A DNA stretch of 64,000 nt from a virus. The notes beneath the pieces are model-generated. The model worked only from the letters and a program-made list of their open reading frames with translations. It searched no databases and was not told the origin of the DNA. Position numbers and translations under genes: made by a program. Of this stretch, positions 19,201 through 29,274 are shown one piece after another (the first letter of the stretch is position 1; every line of letters begins with the position of its first letter). Location: the IMG/VR virus record IMGVR_UViG_3300046804_004738, positions 32,001-96,000 of that record; one strand, given 5' to 3'.

Positions 19201-22035
19201 CTTTACGCAGCGACAGTAAGATTAGCAGATTCAACGACAGTAAGCACAAGTAACATAAATTGGACGACAGCAACCATTGGAGCTATTGGATACGCAGGTC
19301 AAAATGGAAGTCCAGGTACCGCTGCTAAAGTTGTAACCCTTACATCGAACGGAGAATCAATTACTTTTGACGGTTCAGGTAATGCTGATCCAGCAAGCCA
19401 AACAATTACATTTACTGCATTATTAGAAAATATAACTGGTAATGCAACATTTACATGTGAAGCATTTAATTCGACAAATACATCACTTGGTAACATTACT
19501 TTAGGTGGAACAGTACCATCTAACATTAGAACACTTACTAACACACAATTTGTAACTTATCCAAATACAGCCTATGTTCGTGTTACAGCGACAGCAGACT
19601 CACGTAGCGACATAATTACAATTAATAGAATACAAGACGGTGCCGACAGTATAACTGGTTATTTGACAAATGAATCTGTAACATTGTCGGCTTCATCAGA
19701 TGGAACTGTAACAAATTTTGCTCCAGCTAATGGTGAGTTTAGAGTATTCGCAGGCTTACTAAACGTAACAACGTCTGCTACTTTCTCAGTAGTTTCAAGT
19801 ACGGGATGTACAGTTGCAATTAATACGTCTGGTGCCATTACCGTAAGTGCAATGACAAGCGATACTGCTACAGCAAATTTAAGAGCAGTATACAATAGCA
19901 TTACAATAGACAAAGTTTTATCACTCAGTAAATCACTAGCTGGTGCTGGAGGTGGTCCAGGAGTAAATGGTACACGTACTGCTATACTTGACATGTACAG
20001 AGTTGGTACTGCAACCCCTACTATTTTCCCATCAGGAACATCAACATATACTTGGGCTACTGGACAATTCACAGCTCCAGCAACACTTAATGGATGGTCT
20101 TTAACACCACCTGCACCAAGTGCTGGTCAAACCTTATACATCGTTAGACAGGTTTATGCTGATAATAACACAACACTTACGTCAAGTGTTACATGGAGTG
20201 CTGCTTCAGCTTTAATTTCTACTGTGTCAGGAATAAATGGTCTTCCAGGTACTAATGGTACAAGGACTGCAGTTTTAGAGGTTTATTTATGGGCAGCAAG
20301 TACCCCTACTAATTTCCCATCAGGAACATCAACATATACTTGGGCTACTGGTGCGTTTACTGCTCCTACTACTCCAAATGGTTGGTCTTTATTACCAGGT
20401 TCATCAACACCAGGATTTAATTTATATGCATGTAGCGTAACTTTTGCAGATACTAATACTACTGCCACATCTAGTGTAACATGGAATACAGCAACTGCCT
20501 ATGTCGTAGGATACGCAGGTACGAATGGTTCAAGTAGTCCTGGAGCGGAAGGTGCATCAGCAAGAATTTGTTACACAAAAACTACATTATCAAGTTTAGC
20601 ATCAACTCCAACAACAATTACTACAACAGGAAATTCTTCGTTCCCGCCTGCAAGTTCATGGGGCACAGGAACAAGTTGGCAGGGAACACCTCCTGCACTA
20701 AGTGCAGGTGAGTCACTATATCAATCAGATGGTATATATTCTCCTAGCACAGGAAATACTGTATGGAATGTTCCGTACCTATCATCATTAAAAGTTGGCT
20801 CACTATCAGCTATAACAGTTAACACAGGTGCATTAAGTGTTACAGATATTTTAACTGTTGGAACTACAGGAAAAATACAAGGTGGTCAAACAGACTATAA
20901 TACTGGAACAGGATTTTTCTTAGGATATTCAGGCGGAGCTTATAAATTTAGTATTGGTAACACTAGTCAAGGTTTGACTTGGAGCGGTTCTGGTTTAAGT
21001 ATTGGTGGTGGAACATTAACAAGTACCGCAATTTCGGGTGTATCAATAGACGGTAGTACATTTACAGGTGGAACCATAAGAACGTCTGCAACTAATCCTA
21101 GAGTTGAAATGAGCGCAGCAAGTAATGATTTCCGAGTTTATAACAGCAGTGGTACAGTATCAGTTAGAATGGGCGGAACTAATAATTTTGGTGCCACTTT
21201 AAGTGCTTTAGGTACAGCAAGCCAAGGTCCAACTATTACTGGTACGAATGATGGCGCTCCTGGTGTTCGTGGTAACGCTACAGGATTAGGCGAAGGTGTT
21301 TATGGATCATCTGTTAATGGTTATGGTGTTTTAGGTGAATCAAGTAGTAGTGAAGCTGTTCGAGGAGTTGCTACGGTAAAGGGTGGAGGGAATCATGGTG
21401 TTCGTGGATTAAACACTAATGGTTACGCTGCTGGTCAGAATTCGGCTGGTTTAGTTGGGGCTGCCAATGGATACAACTTTTATGCTGATGGAGCATCTCC
21501 ACTAGATTACGGTACATTTACAGGAGTTCATGATGCTTTATCTGAGTTAGCAGATACTTTTACAATAGGTGACATTGTGATAGATATAGAAATAATTGTA
21601 CATAGTTCGGTTTCATCGACTATTTCATTGGTAAAAACTAGCACTACGCCAAATCAAAGGGCTGCACTTGGAGTAGTATCTATGGAACCTAGGCCTTTAT
21701 CTGATTTTGCACCTAAAGCTTACATTCAAGGCTGGGGCGAAGATCCAATTACTAAAAAATATGGACAAATTATTCTTCCATGCTACAAGGATCATTCTAA
21801 AATTTATAATTTACTTGCAGTAAATGCATTAGGTGAAGGACAAATAAATGTTTGTGGAGAAAACGGGGATATTGAAGCAGGTGACTTAATTGTTACAAGT
21901 TCAATACCTGGTAAAGGTATGAAGCAGGCCGACGATATTGTTAGATCATATACTGTTGCAAGATCAAGAGAAGCAGTTACATTTAGTAGCCCAACTGAAG
22001 TAAAAATGATAGCTTGTATATTCTTATCGGGTTGA
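16249..22035 (+). CDS. Giant tail-fibre/baseplate-attached protein with collar domain and C-terminal chaperone/peptidase-like domain
   Basis: N-terminal DSL..AF.K.QNNF anchor; tail collar W..CDG.EVSRTTYA.LF..IGTTYG.G.G.TTFNLP; GEGQINVCGENGDI..GD.I C-terminus. Confidence 0.8.
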   Translation: MPIPGQENINIGAENEAENSDSLFIAFNKTQNNFSTLFAQSSQYTSFVGSDGISTTLNSNNKQVIINNTGVTRIAAGTGIAVNSANGNVVISVIGLSNGNLVAGVTNVGITSSTLQIINSPVVSSGTIGVDLPVIANIIPGTYSNPLIQVDNYGRITSVQNTFSTGTVTSVDIQNGSGISVSGGPITSNGTITVTNTGVRRLNPGPGILLTDTTGEITISANFSTFTGTVSRVTVVSNTLTVSNPTVTLAGNIRVELPINISVAGNVTGGGNFNVGQSVFVDGNVTANGRITAGNISASGNILSNGNISINSASRLRIPGGTNGQVLQTDGAGNLSFVTVTQNTAAGLGAPGANTQILFNDGGIVNANANLTFNKATGTLTAPNFSGNINVNTANFVSNAIQANITTLGNLTSLSVIGNIIGNNNLNINGNITSNSFIYALTPAANTSNNQVATTAFVANYVGNAQFTSNLYAPINSPIFTGTPQAPTLDQTLPGSNALATTAFVKSALGNANISGYAPINSPAFTGIPTAPNPSANTSSNQIATTSFVQSLLANANIGGSGTTEYAGTIQLWAATTPMPDNTWMVCDGTEVSRTTYATLFSRIGTTYGAGNGTTTFNLPNFTNRFPVGAGNLYALGSTGGSKDAVVVSHTHSVTDPGHPHILRIGQSAGTLTPQIGGWNFAGTFNATAYSNHVQSANTNISIDSTGEPGTNKNLPPYLGLIYIIKVTDTVGSGGSSGGGNVIVTGSTTATAEIYQWNATQPAIPSVTSTYTWATSLFSPVPSGWSTTPGTTVTPGATLWVIRVTVTKTGSETTTTFTWSGGTISASGYNGTNGVDATKTATISLYQWSTTQPANPSGNSTYTWSTTVNTGYTGGAGWQVSVPVNPGTAGLQLWSASKGITAASSVTSSTVDWSSGFTVRAVSINGEGGPGGTQYATPEVYQWAITIPAGPTGTSVYTWSSGSFTPVPSGWSTSGGAAPSPGFTLYAATVRLADSTTVSTSNINWTTATIGAIGYAGQNGSPGTAAKVVTLTSNGESITFDGSGNADPASQTITFTALLENITGNATFTCEAFNSTNTSLGNITLGGTVPSNIRTLTNTQFVTYPNTAYVRVTATADSRSDIITINRIQDGADSITGYLTNESVTLSASSDGTVTNFAPANGEFRVFAGLLNVTTSATFSVVSSTGCTVAINTSGAITVSAMTSDTATANLRAVYNSITIDKVLSLSKSLAGAGGGPGVNGTRTAILDMYRVGTATPTIFPSGTSTYTWATGQFTAPATLNGWSLTPPAPSAGQTLYIVRQVYADNNTTLTSSVTWSAASALISTVSGINGLPGTNGTRTAVLEVYLWAASTPTNFPSGTSTYTWATGAFTAPTTPNGWSLLPGSSTPGFNLYACSVTFADTNTTATSSVTWNTATAYVVGYAGTNGSSSPGAEGASARICYTKTTLSSLASTPTTITTTGNSSFPPASSWGTGTSWQGTPPALSAGESLYQSDGIYSPSTGNTVWNVPYLSSLKVGSLSAITVNTGALSVTDILTVGTTGKIQGGQTDYNTGTGFFLGYSGGAYKFSIGNTSQGLTWSGSGLSIGGGTLTSTAISGVSIDGSTFTGGTIRTSATNPRVEMSAASNDFRVYNSSGTVSVRMGGTNNFGATLSALGTASQGPTITGTNDGAPGVRGNATGLGEGVYGSSVNGYGVLGESSSSEAVRGVATVKGGGNHGVRGLNTNGYAAGQNSAGLVGAANGYNFYADGASPLDYGTFTGVHDALSELADTFTIGDIVIDIEIIVHSSVSSTISLVKTSTTPNQRAALGVVSMEPRPLSDFAPKAYIQGWGEDPITKKYGQIILPCYKDHSKIYNLLAVNALGEGQINVCGENGDIEAGDLIVTSSIPGKGMKQADDIVRSYTVARSREAVTFSSPTEVKMIACIFLSG

Positions 22036-22096
22036 TTTAATACGACTTATTTTTGCTCCATTTTTGCTAAATACAGTATAAAGGAGCAAAAAGAAA

Positions 22097-25000
22097 ATGG
22101 CTATACCTACACCAGCACAAACTATAATCGACACAAATTCTGATCCAGCATTGACAGTATATGGAGATAGTGTTCCTGGAGTAATTACTTCAGGAAACGT
22201 TACAGTCAACATTACAAATGTTGAGGAAATAACGCAAACCTCTGTTATTAATCAAACATTAAACAACGCTGCGGGGGGAACCAACTCAAGTGTCCAATTC
22301 AACATAAACAATCAATTAGTAGGTGACTCAGGTTTAACATACGATCCTAACACTGATAATTTAACTGTAGCTGGAAATGTTACGGCAGGCAACTTTGTTG
22401 GCAGTGGCTCACAATTAAGAAATTTACCTGCAGGAAATATTATAGGCTCAGTCGCAGTTGCTCAATTTGCATCAACTGCTGAGACAGTTTCTAATAGTTC
22501 ACAACCTAATATTACAACAATTGGTACATTAAATTCTCTAAATGTATCTGGAAATGCAGCGATAAACACAGTTAAAACAAATAACTTACAATACGCTAAC
22601 GGAGAACCTTGGATATTTGACTTAGGTACAGGTAACATACTTTTTGCTGGCAGTACAATTTATAGTGAATCAAATAGCACCATATTAATCAGCCCAAGTT
22701 ACTCTCAAAATGCTTCAGCAACGATTTCGGTTCCTAGTGATGCTGATGCGGTTGGTAACAATCTATCAATCACAAATCAGTTAAACGGGGTGACAGTTAC
22801 AACAGGAAACGGTAATGCAACATTTAATTACAACTTTTCAAATACAGGATCATTATCTATTCCTGGTAGTATAAATGTAACAAATGCAGCGTTTACACTA
22901 TCAACTAACACAGCAAACAATATAACCTTAGCAACACAGAATGGAAATGATGCAAATAGTGTTACGGTTCAATTAGATAACGGCAATGGATTAAACTTAA
23001 AAACAGCAAATGGTACTTATGTTTGGAGTTTCGATGACACCGGTAATGTTACTTTGCCTTCAGGTAACCCTACAATAATTGGTGGAGGCAATACTGGAAT
23101 TGACGGTTATGGAATACTAAATTTAATTCCAGATTCAACGGTAGGTCTAGTAGCAAACAATCAAACAATAATTATTGATCCAGTAGGGACAGATGAAATT
23201 CATATTAGAGCAGGTGGCACACCAGATGCCAGTGGATCAGAATTATATTTAGGAGCGCAAAACACTTTTGTAAGATTATCTGACACAACAGGTGCAGTTA
23301 CATTAAGAAGTAATGATTTAGTTGGAAACACGTTTGATTTTGCGTTTTCTAACACAGGTAATTTAAATGTTCCATCTAATTTTAGCGCAGTAGGAAATAT
23401 CATAGGTGGAAGATTACAAGTATCTGGTAATGTAAACTCAACAAATGTATTATCCACTGGTATTGTTAGTGCAACAGGTAATATAAGTGGTGGTAATTTA
23501 AGCATAACTGGTAATATTAATGCAGGTAATTTAATTGGTAACGGTAGTAACTTAACAAACTTGCCATCACAATTAGGTAACTTCCAAATTAGCACAAGTA
23601 CATTAACAGTAAACGACAATTCACTAGACATTACTATCACAACTGGTAGTGCTAATGCAGGACAACCAAATGGTCAAGATATTAATATCAATACAGCAAA
23701 TGGATTCAATACTGGCAATGGTGGTGTAATAAATGTTGTAGCTGGAAACTCAGGTCCTAATGGTACAGGGTCAGGTGGAACACTTAATCTTTCAGCTGGT
23801 CAAGGATTTGTATCGGGTGCAGGTGGTAACCTAAGTATCAGTGCAGGTTCAAGTAATGGATCAGGCAATGGTGGAATGTTAATGATTCAATCTGGTTCAA
23901 GTTCAACCGGAGATGGCGGCGATATTGAAATTACATCTGGCTCAGGTGATGCAGGTGGAAATATTACGATTGAAGCATCTACAGGCGCAAATACAAATGG
24001 AATCATTTCATTAATTTCTAACGGTAATAGTACTTACACCTTTAACGATAATGTGTTAGAATTACCAAACACAAATGGTGAAGCATACATTCAGATAGGA
24101 AATGAATATCCTGTTATTATGTCATATGGATCAGGCTCTCATGGAGGTCCTGAGATTAGCTGGTTAAATGCTGATGATCCTATAACTGATTACGGTAACG
24201 TATCTGTAATTAGAAATACATTATACTTAAATAATCAACAATTTTATGTAGGTTTCAATGAGAACGGAAATGTAACTCCTGGATTCAATGGCGCATTTAC
24301 AATGGCTGCTGCTGATGGATTAGTTACTGCTCCTGCTGATATGAGTGTAATAGGAAACTTAGCAGCAGGTAACATAACAACGATTGGATCAGGTGGAAAT
24401 ATAAGTGGTGCCAACGTAGTGTCCGCAAATCTGTTTCAAGGTAACTTAAGCGCATTAGGTAACATTGAGGGCAATATTGTTGTAGGTAACTTTTTGTATG
24501 GCGACGGTTCAAACATTGTGAACGTAACAAGTACTGGCTTCTCAAATGGCAATAGTAACATCGGTATCATAAACAATGCTAATATTACATTCTCATCAGC
24601 AGGCAATGCCAATGTATTAGAAATTAATGGCGCTGGGGCAGTGTTTACCGGTTACCTAAGTGTTACAGGTGATATAAGTGCGGCAAACTTAGTTGGTCCA
24701 CATACAGCTGGTAACAGTAATATAGTAATCACTACAAATGGTAATATTACATTTACCTCAAACAGTAATGCTACAATGGTTGTTACTAATACTGGTGCAA
24801 ATGTAACTGGTTATGTTGATGCAACATATTTTGTAGGTGATGGTGCTAACTTGACTGGCATCACACTTGCTAATTTGGATAACGGTAACAGTAATGTTGT
24901 AATTACGGCTAATGCAAACGTAACTGTTTCATCAAATGGTAATGCAAACGTAGTTGTTGTGTCTGGTCAAGGTGCTAACGTAACTGGATGGGTAGATGCA

Positions 25001-25582
25001 ACTTACTTTGTAGGCGATGGAGCTAACTTAACTGGTATTACTTTAGCTAATTTAGATAATGGAAACAGTAATGTAGTTGTATCTGCTAACGGTAATGTAA
25101 CTATTACTAGTGTAAGTAACGCTACAATGACAATTACTGATACTGGTACTAACGTATCTGGTTATGTTGATGCAACTTACTTTGTAGGTGATGGGGCTAA
25201 CTTAACAGGTATTACTTTAGCCAATTTAGATAATGGTAATAGTAATATCGTTATCACTGCTAACGCTAACATAACATTTACTAGTTCAGCAAATGCTACA
25301 ATGGTTATCACTGACCTTGGTGCTAACATTACTGGATATGCGAATGTTAGTGGTAATGCTAATATTGGTAATATTGGAACAGGTGGTATTGTATCGGCTA
25401 CAGGTAACATTACTGGTGCAAAAGTTTCTGCTACAGTAGCTATTCAGTTACCAGTATACGCTGATGGCACTGCACGTGATGCTGCAATTACAAGTCCGGC
25501 AGCTGGTATGCTTGTATTCAGCACGGCAGACGGCTTCCAAGGTTACGACGGAAGTGCTTGGGGTAACATAACGTTAACATAA
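22097..25582 (+). CDS. Tail fibre/structural beta-repeat protein
   Basis: G/N/T-rich GN(I/V) repeats; three C-terminal ~60-aa repeats; late-type promoter and AAGGAG RBS. Confidence 0.75.
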   Translation: MAIPTPAQTIIDTNSDPALTVYGDSVPGVITSGNVTVNITNVEEITQTSVINQTLNNAAGGTNSSVQFNINNQLVGDSGLTYDPNTDNLTVAGNVTAGNFVGSGSQLRNLPAGNIIGSVAVAQFASTAETVSNSSQPNITTIGTLNSLNVSGNAAINTVKTNNLQYANGEPWIFDLGTGNILFAGSTIYSESNSTILISPSYSQNASATISVPSDADAVGNNLSITNQLNGVTVTTGNGNATFNYNFSNTGSLSIPGSINVTNAAFTLSTNTANNITLATQNGNDANSVTVQLDNGNGLNLKTANGTYVWSFDDTGNVTLPSGNPTIIGGGNTGIDGYGILNLIPDSTVGLVANNQTIIIDPVGTDEIHIRAGGTPDASGSELYLGAQNTFVRLSDTTGAVTLRSNDLVGNTFDFAFSNTGNLNVPSNFSAVGNIIGGRLQVSGNVNSTNVLSTGIVSATGNISGGNLSITGNINAGNLIGNGSNLTNLPSQLGNFQISTSTLTVNDNSLDITITTGSANAGQPNGQDININTANGFNTGNGGVINVVAGNSGPNGTGSGGTLNLSAGQGFVSGAGGNLSISAGSSNGSGNGGMLMIQSGSSSTGDGGDIEITSGSGDAGGNITIEASTGANTNGIISLISNGNSTYTFNDNVLELPNTNGEAYIQIGNEYPVIMSYGSGSHGGPEISWLNADDPITDYGNVSVIRNTLYLNNQQFYVGFNENGNVTPGFNGAFTMAAADGLVTAPADMSVIGNLAAGNITTIGSGGNISGANVVSANLFQGNLSALGNIEGNIVVGNFLYGDGSNIVNVTSTGFSNGNSNIGIINNANITFSSAGNANVLEINGAGAVFTGYLSVTGDISAANLVGPHTAGNSNIVITTNGNITFTSNSNATMVVTNTGANVTGYVDATYFVGDGANLTGITLANLDNGNSNVVITANANVTVSSNGNANVVVVSGQGANVTGWVDATYFVGDGANLTGITLANLDNGNSNVVVSANGNVTITSVSNATMTITDTGTNVSGYVDATYFVGDGANLTGITLANLDNGNSNIVITANANITFTSSANATMVITDLGANITGYANVSGNANIGNIGTGGIVSATGNITGAKVSATVAIQLPVYADGTARDAAITSPAAGMLVFSTADGFQGYDGSAWGNITLT

Positions 25583-25583
25583 T

Positions 25584-26282
25584 ATGGGAATTTTTGTAGG
25601 TGGCGGAATTATATTAGGCGCAGGAGTAACACTTACGTCACCTACTCCCCCAGTACCTGGTAGTATAGAATTTTCAAATGGTGCCACAGACGGATTAACA
25701 CTTCCTGCAGTGTTAGACCTAACTGACACAAACACATTTACAGTTGAAGTTTGGATATATCCAACTGTTTATAATTCAACAACAGTTATTATAGGGGACA
25801 TATCAGGAGGAACTACTGATTGGCATTTATCTATTCAGTCAGACGTTTTAGTTTTTTATTGGACTGACGGCATAGGTAGTCTTACAAGCACAGGCGATAC
25901 TGAAATTTTAGTAGATGAATGGACTCACGTTGCACTAAGTGTAAATAGTAATTACATAAGAATGTTTGTCAATGGGGCAATACAAGGTATAACAGGAGAA
26001 TCATTTTTTACTAATACTGCGAGTACAACAAATCAATTGGTTATTGGTAATCAATCATTTAATGCATATGATGCATTTTTAGGTTATATGACAAATGTAA
26101 GAATAAATAACACAACATCATTGTATAACGATAGTTTTACTCCAACAATACCACTTATAGATGTTGTCGGTACGCAATTATTGTTATTGGCAAATAGCAC
26201 TGCACCATTTACGGATTCCAGCAATACAGGAACAATTGTAACGAATTTAGGTAGTGTCGCTTATAACGTAGCATATCCATAA
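25584..26282 (+). CDS. Concanavalin A-like lectin/LamG domain protein
   Basis: FTVEVWIYP, W.HVAL, F.GYMTNVRI. Confidence 0.8.
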   Translation: MGIFVGGGIILGAGVTLTSPTPPVPGSIEFSNGATDGLTLPAVLDLTDTNTFTVEVWIYPTVYNSTTVIIGDISGGTTDWHLSIQSDVLVFYWTDGIGSLTSTGDTEILVDEWTHVALSVNSNYIRMFVNGAIQGITGESFFTNTASTTNQLVIGNQSFNAYDAFLGYMTNVRINNTTSLYNDSFTPTIPLIDVVGTQLLLLANSTAPFTDSSNTGTIVTNLGSVAYNVAYP

Positions 26283-26306
26283 AAAAAGCCCCTGAGGGCT
26301 TTTTTT
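26281..26306. terminator. Bidirectional terminator at convergence of + and - blocks
   Basis: AAAAAAAGCCC-CTGA-GGGCTTTTTTT. Confidence 0.85.
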
Positions 26307-26310
26307 ATTT

Positions 26311-26529
26311 TCATTTTAACTGTTTCAACATATAATCAGCATATTTACTATCACACATAGAAACAACATCGCTGTGAGGCCATTCTAAATAGAATGGACA
26401 TCCATTTTCCCATCTAAAATTTTCTTTAAAATGTTTAAATGCTTCTAAATCTTCACGTTTGCTAGGATCAAAATAACGCCTACGTTGAGCGTATCTATGT
26501 AAAATAGTTATGCTATCGTAGGAATTCAT
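26311..26529 (-). CDS. Hypothetical protein
   Basis: W.NGCPFYLEWP motif. Confidence 0.65.
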   Translation of the reverse strand: MNSYDSITILHRYAQRRRYFDPSKREDLEAFKHFKENFRWENGCPFYLEWPHSDVVSMCDSKYADYMLKQLK

Positions 26530-26717
26530 TAAGTGCGTTCCATTGATGTAGCTTCAGTAATTAATTTAACAACTTGATCCAAATCGCTACACAGAATTTT
26601 TACGCCAGACCAATCGTCATTATCATTACGCCCATTTACTTCAAAGAGAAAACCATTGTCGTACATGCGAATATTCATATCCTCATCTACTTTGGTAAGT
26701 TTATCAGAAATTTTCAT
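26529..26717 (-). CDS. Hypothetical protein
   Basis: AAGGA RBS. Confidence 0.65.
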   Translation of the reverse strand: MKISDKLTKVDEDMNIRMYDNGFLFEVNGRNDNDDWSGVKILCSDLDQVVKLITEATSMERT

Positions 26718-26731
26718 AGTTATCCTTTAAC

Positions 26732-26758
26732 AAAAATAGGACACCCTAAGGTGTCCTG
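26732..26758 (-). terminator. Rho-independent terminator
   Basis: AGGACACC/GGTGTCCT stem with T-run on minus strand. Confidence 0.75.
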
Positions 26759-26767
26759 TACCTTAAA

Positions 26768-27103
26768 TTACGCAGCAACTTTTGATTTGCCGCGTTGCTT
26801 AATGCTATCAAGACTAGGCTTAGCTGCCTTGACTTTTACTTCGCTCTTAGGAGCTTTTTCACGATCAGCAATTGCATCACCGATCAACGATTGATCAACA
26901 GGATTCTGAAAATCCGAATGTGCCTGAAGATATTTAAGTGCATCCAACTTAGTCATTGCACTAGGCAATTCCATCAAATCGATGCGAGTCGCACCACCCT
27001 TAGTAAACTGCTTAACACGGCGAATCAAATCATCAGTAAAGCGAACCTTACTGTTACCGTTGTGAGTAGTGATACCTGCTACTTTGAACAATTGTTCAGT
27101 CAT
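26768..27103 (-). CDS. Hypothetical protein
   Basis: GAGG RBS; upstream TTGACA promoter near 27182. Confidence 0.7.
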   Translation of the reverse strand: MTEQLFKVAGITTHNGNSKVRFTDDLIRRVKQFTKGGATRIDLMELPSAMTKLDALKYLQAHSDFQNPVDQSLIGDAIADREKAPKSEVKVKAAKPSLDSIKQRGKSKVAA

Positions 27104-27207
27104 AATTACCTCATAAGGTTGTTAATAAAAAGTTGTGTTGTCACACAGTTATAATGATAACACCGGTCATAGTTATTGTCAATAACCGGTGTTACCAAAA
27201 TTCTAAT

Positions 27208-27621
27208 TTACTTCTCCAAAACGTAGGGCTTGTTCCAACGACCAATGTTAACATCGATGTACCAGCCCACATCAAAGTAATCAACCATTGCATCCGAATT
27301 GTCATGATTACCCGCATTCATTGCCTCAATAAGTTCTTTAAGACAATTTCTTGCCACACCATCAAAGTGTTCCTTATACCAATAAGGGTTAACATCAATG
27401 TAATCTTTTGCAGGAGTAAAGCCACCATATGATGCGTAACGTGGGTTATCAATATTGAAACTATTGTAGTTACCAATAAAATCAACTGCACCCGACTTAA
27501 TGGTCAAGCAAAGGGTCATGTGATTACGCACAGACAAAGTGCCCCTAACACCATAATTCTTAAGAATTGCCTTGATGACTGGGGCGATCTTTGCTTTCTT
27601 TTCCTGAGACATGTATGCCAT
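27208..27621 (-). CDS. Conserved-looking phage hypothetical protein
   Basis: D.SD.M.DYF..GWY..VNIG.W.KPY motif; AAGGAG RBS. Confidence 0.75.
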   Translation of the reverse strand: MAYMSQEKKAKIAPVIKAILKNYGVRGTLSVRNHMTLCLTIKSGAVDFIGNYNSFNIDNPRYASYGGFTPAKDYIDVNPYWYKEHFDGVARNCLKELIEAMNAGNHDNSDAMVDYFDVGWYIDVNIGRWNKPYVLEK

Positions 27622-27632
27622 TTCGTTGCTCC

Positions 27633-27899
27633 TTAAGCAAATTCATAAAATTTTACAGACGGATCAAGTTGTTGTAATTCTTTAGCAACCTTAATCAGTG
27701 CCTTATATCTTGTTTGCACCTGTGCGCGGCTTAATTCTCCATCGCAGGTAAGATTTTCTGGACTGAGTTCGGCATCAATACTGTTGGCAATCTTTTGACG
27801 ATCGGCTGCATTACTAAGATTCAACTCAGCACTACCAAACATTTTGGACCAAGAATTTTTTCGTTCTACATATGATTCAAGATTAGAAAAATTGAACAT
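27633..27899 (-). CDS. Hypothetical protein (LSPENLTCDGE motif)
   Basis: Start reassigned downstream of promoter, AAGGAG RBS. Confidence 0.7.
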   Translation of the reverse strand: MFNFSNLESYVERKNSWSKMFGSAELNLSNAADRQKIANSIDAELSPENLTCDGELSRAQVQTRYKALIKVAKELQQLDPSVKFYEFA

Positions 27900-27929
27900 T
27901 TTGTGCTCCTTGTTATTGACTATACCGAT

Positions 27930-27958
27930 ATTATATCGCCAAATCCATTTATTGTCAA
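27930..27958 (-). promoter_or_regulatory. Conserved early promoter
   Basis: TTGACAATAAAT..., 17-bp spacer, TATAAT. Confidence 0.85.
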
Positions 27959-28185
27959 CCTTTTCTTTTTGACAAGTTTCTTGAGGGAAACTTTTTGCAC
28001 CAGATACATTTTGTACTAGAAACACCGTAAAAATAGAGGCCTGTGTTCGGAAATTGCACTTTACATGCACTACAGATAAATGTAGTCATTTCTGGCTCAG
28101 AATTATCAACTTTCGTTGGTTTCTTCGTTGTTTTTTTGGATGTGGATTTTTTTGGTAAGGGCATGTAGTCTATCCGCGCAATCAC
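27955..28185 (-). CDS. Small zinc-finger-like protein
   Basis: CSAC...CIWC. Confidence 0.5.
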   Translation of the reverse strand: MIARIDYMPLPKKSTSKKTTKKPTKVDNSEPEMTTFICSACKVQFPNTGLYFYGVSSTKCIWCKKFPSRNLSKRKG

Positions 28186-28429
28186 GTATATCCTCGCTAA
28201 GTTTGCCTACACCAATATTGGATTCGACAAACCTAGCGATATCATGTAGTTGCATTACTGGGTCATTAATTGTATCCAACGGTGTAATCCTCAGGTTCTA
28301 GCATATCCGCTTCAAGCACTGCATCTTGATAATTGGATGCATTTAGCACAATTACTTGCCCTTCTGCAAAACAAGCCATGTAATTTCCAGATACAGGATC
28401 AGTTTCAACACTTACTAAAAAATTACCCA

Positions 28430-28615
28430 TTACAGTTTCTCCTTGATAAAATTAATAACATCATTTGCTTGTTTTAAATCACTTTTATCCAAAGCTTCAT
28501 CAATCATGTCCAACTGCATTGTATGCAATTCATTTACCATTGCATCAATAATTTGTCGTTTGCGATTCGCACTATTAAAAGTCACACGGTAATTAAAATT
28601 TTTGTAACTGTTCAC
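28430..28615 (-). CDS. Hypothetical protein
   Basis: ORF in operon. Confidence 0.5.
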   Translation of the reverse strand: MNSYKNFNYRVTFNSANRKRQIIDAMVNELHTMQLDMIDEALDKSDLKQANDVINFIKEKL

Positions 28616-28758
28616 TCTTTATCCTTTTTTTCCTGAGTTTTTTCAGGCATCATTCCCTTTGTGTACTCAGCGGTACTTTGTATGTCTTTTCCTAATCCAC
28701 CAATTGTATTACAGGCAGTTAATGCAAACATTACGATTAATGTCATTACAATTTTCAT
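28612..28758 (-). CDS. Entericidin EcnA/B-like lipoprotein
   Basis: Lipobox LTAC followed by NTIGGLGKDIQ; start reassigned to MKIVM. Confidence 0.75.
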   Translation of the reverse strand: MKIVMTLIVMFALTACNTIGGLGKDIQSTAEYTKGMMPEKTQEKKDKE

Positions 28759-28759
28759 A

Positions 28760-29011
28760 TTAATCCCACTCCTTATGATCACCAAATTTTTCATTGTCAT
28801 CAAACCCTGCCATATATTCTGCAATTTCTTCCTCAGTCAAATCGGTGATCCTAGCACCATGACCAGTGCCCTCGGGGTACCAGTGTGGTTGACGACCTCT
28901 GCGATAATAACTATCAGCACTACCGCGATCAAACAAACCACCATGTCGGTTACGATCAAACTGTGGTTCGTCTTTAAGAATTTTTACAACTTTCTCTTTA
29001 GTAACTTCCAT
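28760..29011 (-). CDS. Hypothetical protein
   Basis: HGG.FDRG.ADSYY.R motif; AGGAG RBS. Confidence 0.75.
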   Translation of the reverse strand: MEVTKEKVVKILKDEPQFDRNRHGGLFDRGSADSYYRRGRQPHWYPEGTGHGARITDLTEEEIAEYMAGFDDNEKFGDHKEWD

Positions 29012-29012
29012 A

Positions 29013-29228
29013 TTAATCTCCTAAATAAACACTAGTACGGCGCTCAGATGCCCAACGCTTGTGTAACACTTTGGTCAACCAAGTTGTAAAATCTTTAGCA
29101 GCACCAAAATCTTGTACACATACCTTGTGACGCTGGCGAATTTCTTTTTCCTGCGTAGAATCAAAACCTAGTAACTTGAACAAACCTTGTTGTTTATTTG
29201 TTAACATGTTTATCTCCGTGTCAATCAA
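29013..29228 (-). CDS. Hypothetical protein
   Basis: ORF after promoter; true start probably internal. Confidence 0.55.
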   Translation of the reverse strand: MIDTEINMLTNKQQGLFKLLGFDSTQEKEIRQRHKVCVQDFGAAKDFTTWLTKVLHKRWASERRTSVYLGD

Positions 29229-29239
29229 TCAATACCGTT

Positions 29240-29268
29240 ATCATATGCCCAAACGGATTTATTGTCAA
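29240..29268 (-). promoter_or_regulatory. Conserved early promoter
   Basis: TTGACAATAAATCC..., 17-bp spacer, TATGAT. Confidence 0.8.
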
Positions 29269-29274
29269 CCGTTA

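Noticed and set aside
16212-25410. Antisense and alternate-frame ORFs within the fibre genes, and similar ones in dnaK and the radical SAM genes
   Set aside because: Shadow ORFs produced by codon bias; no RBS or motifs.
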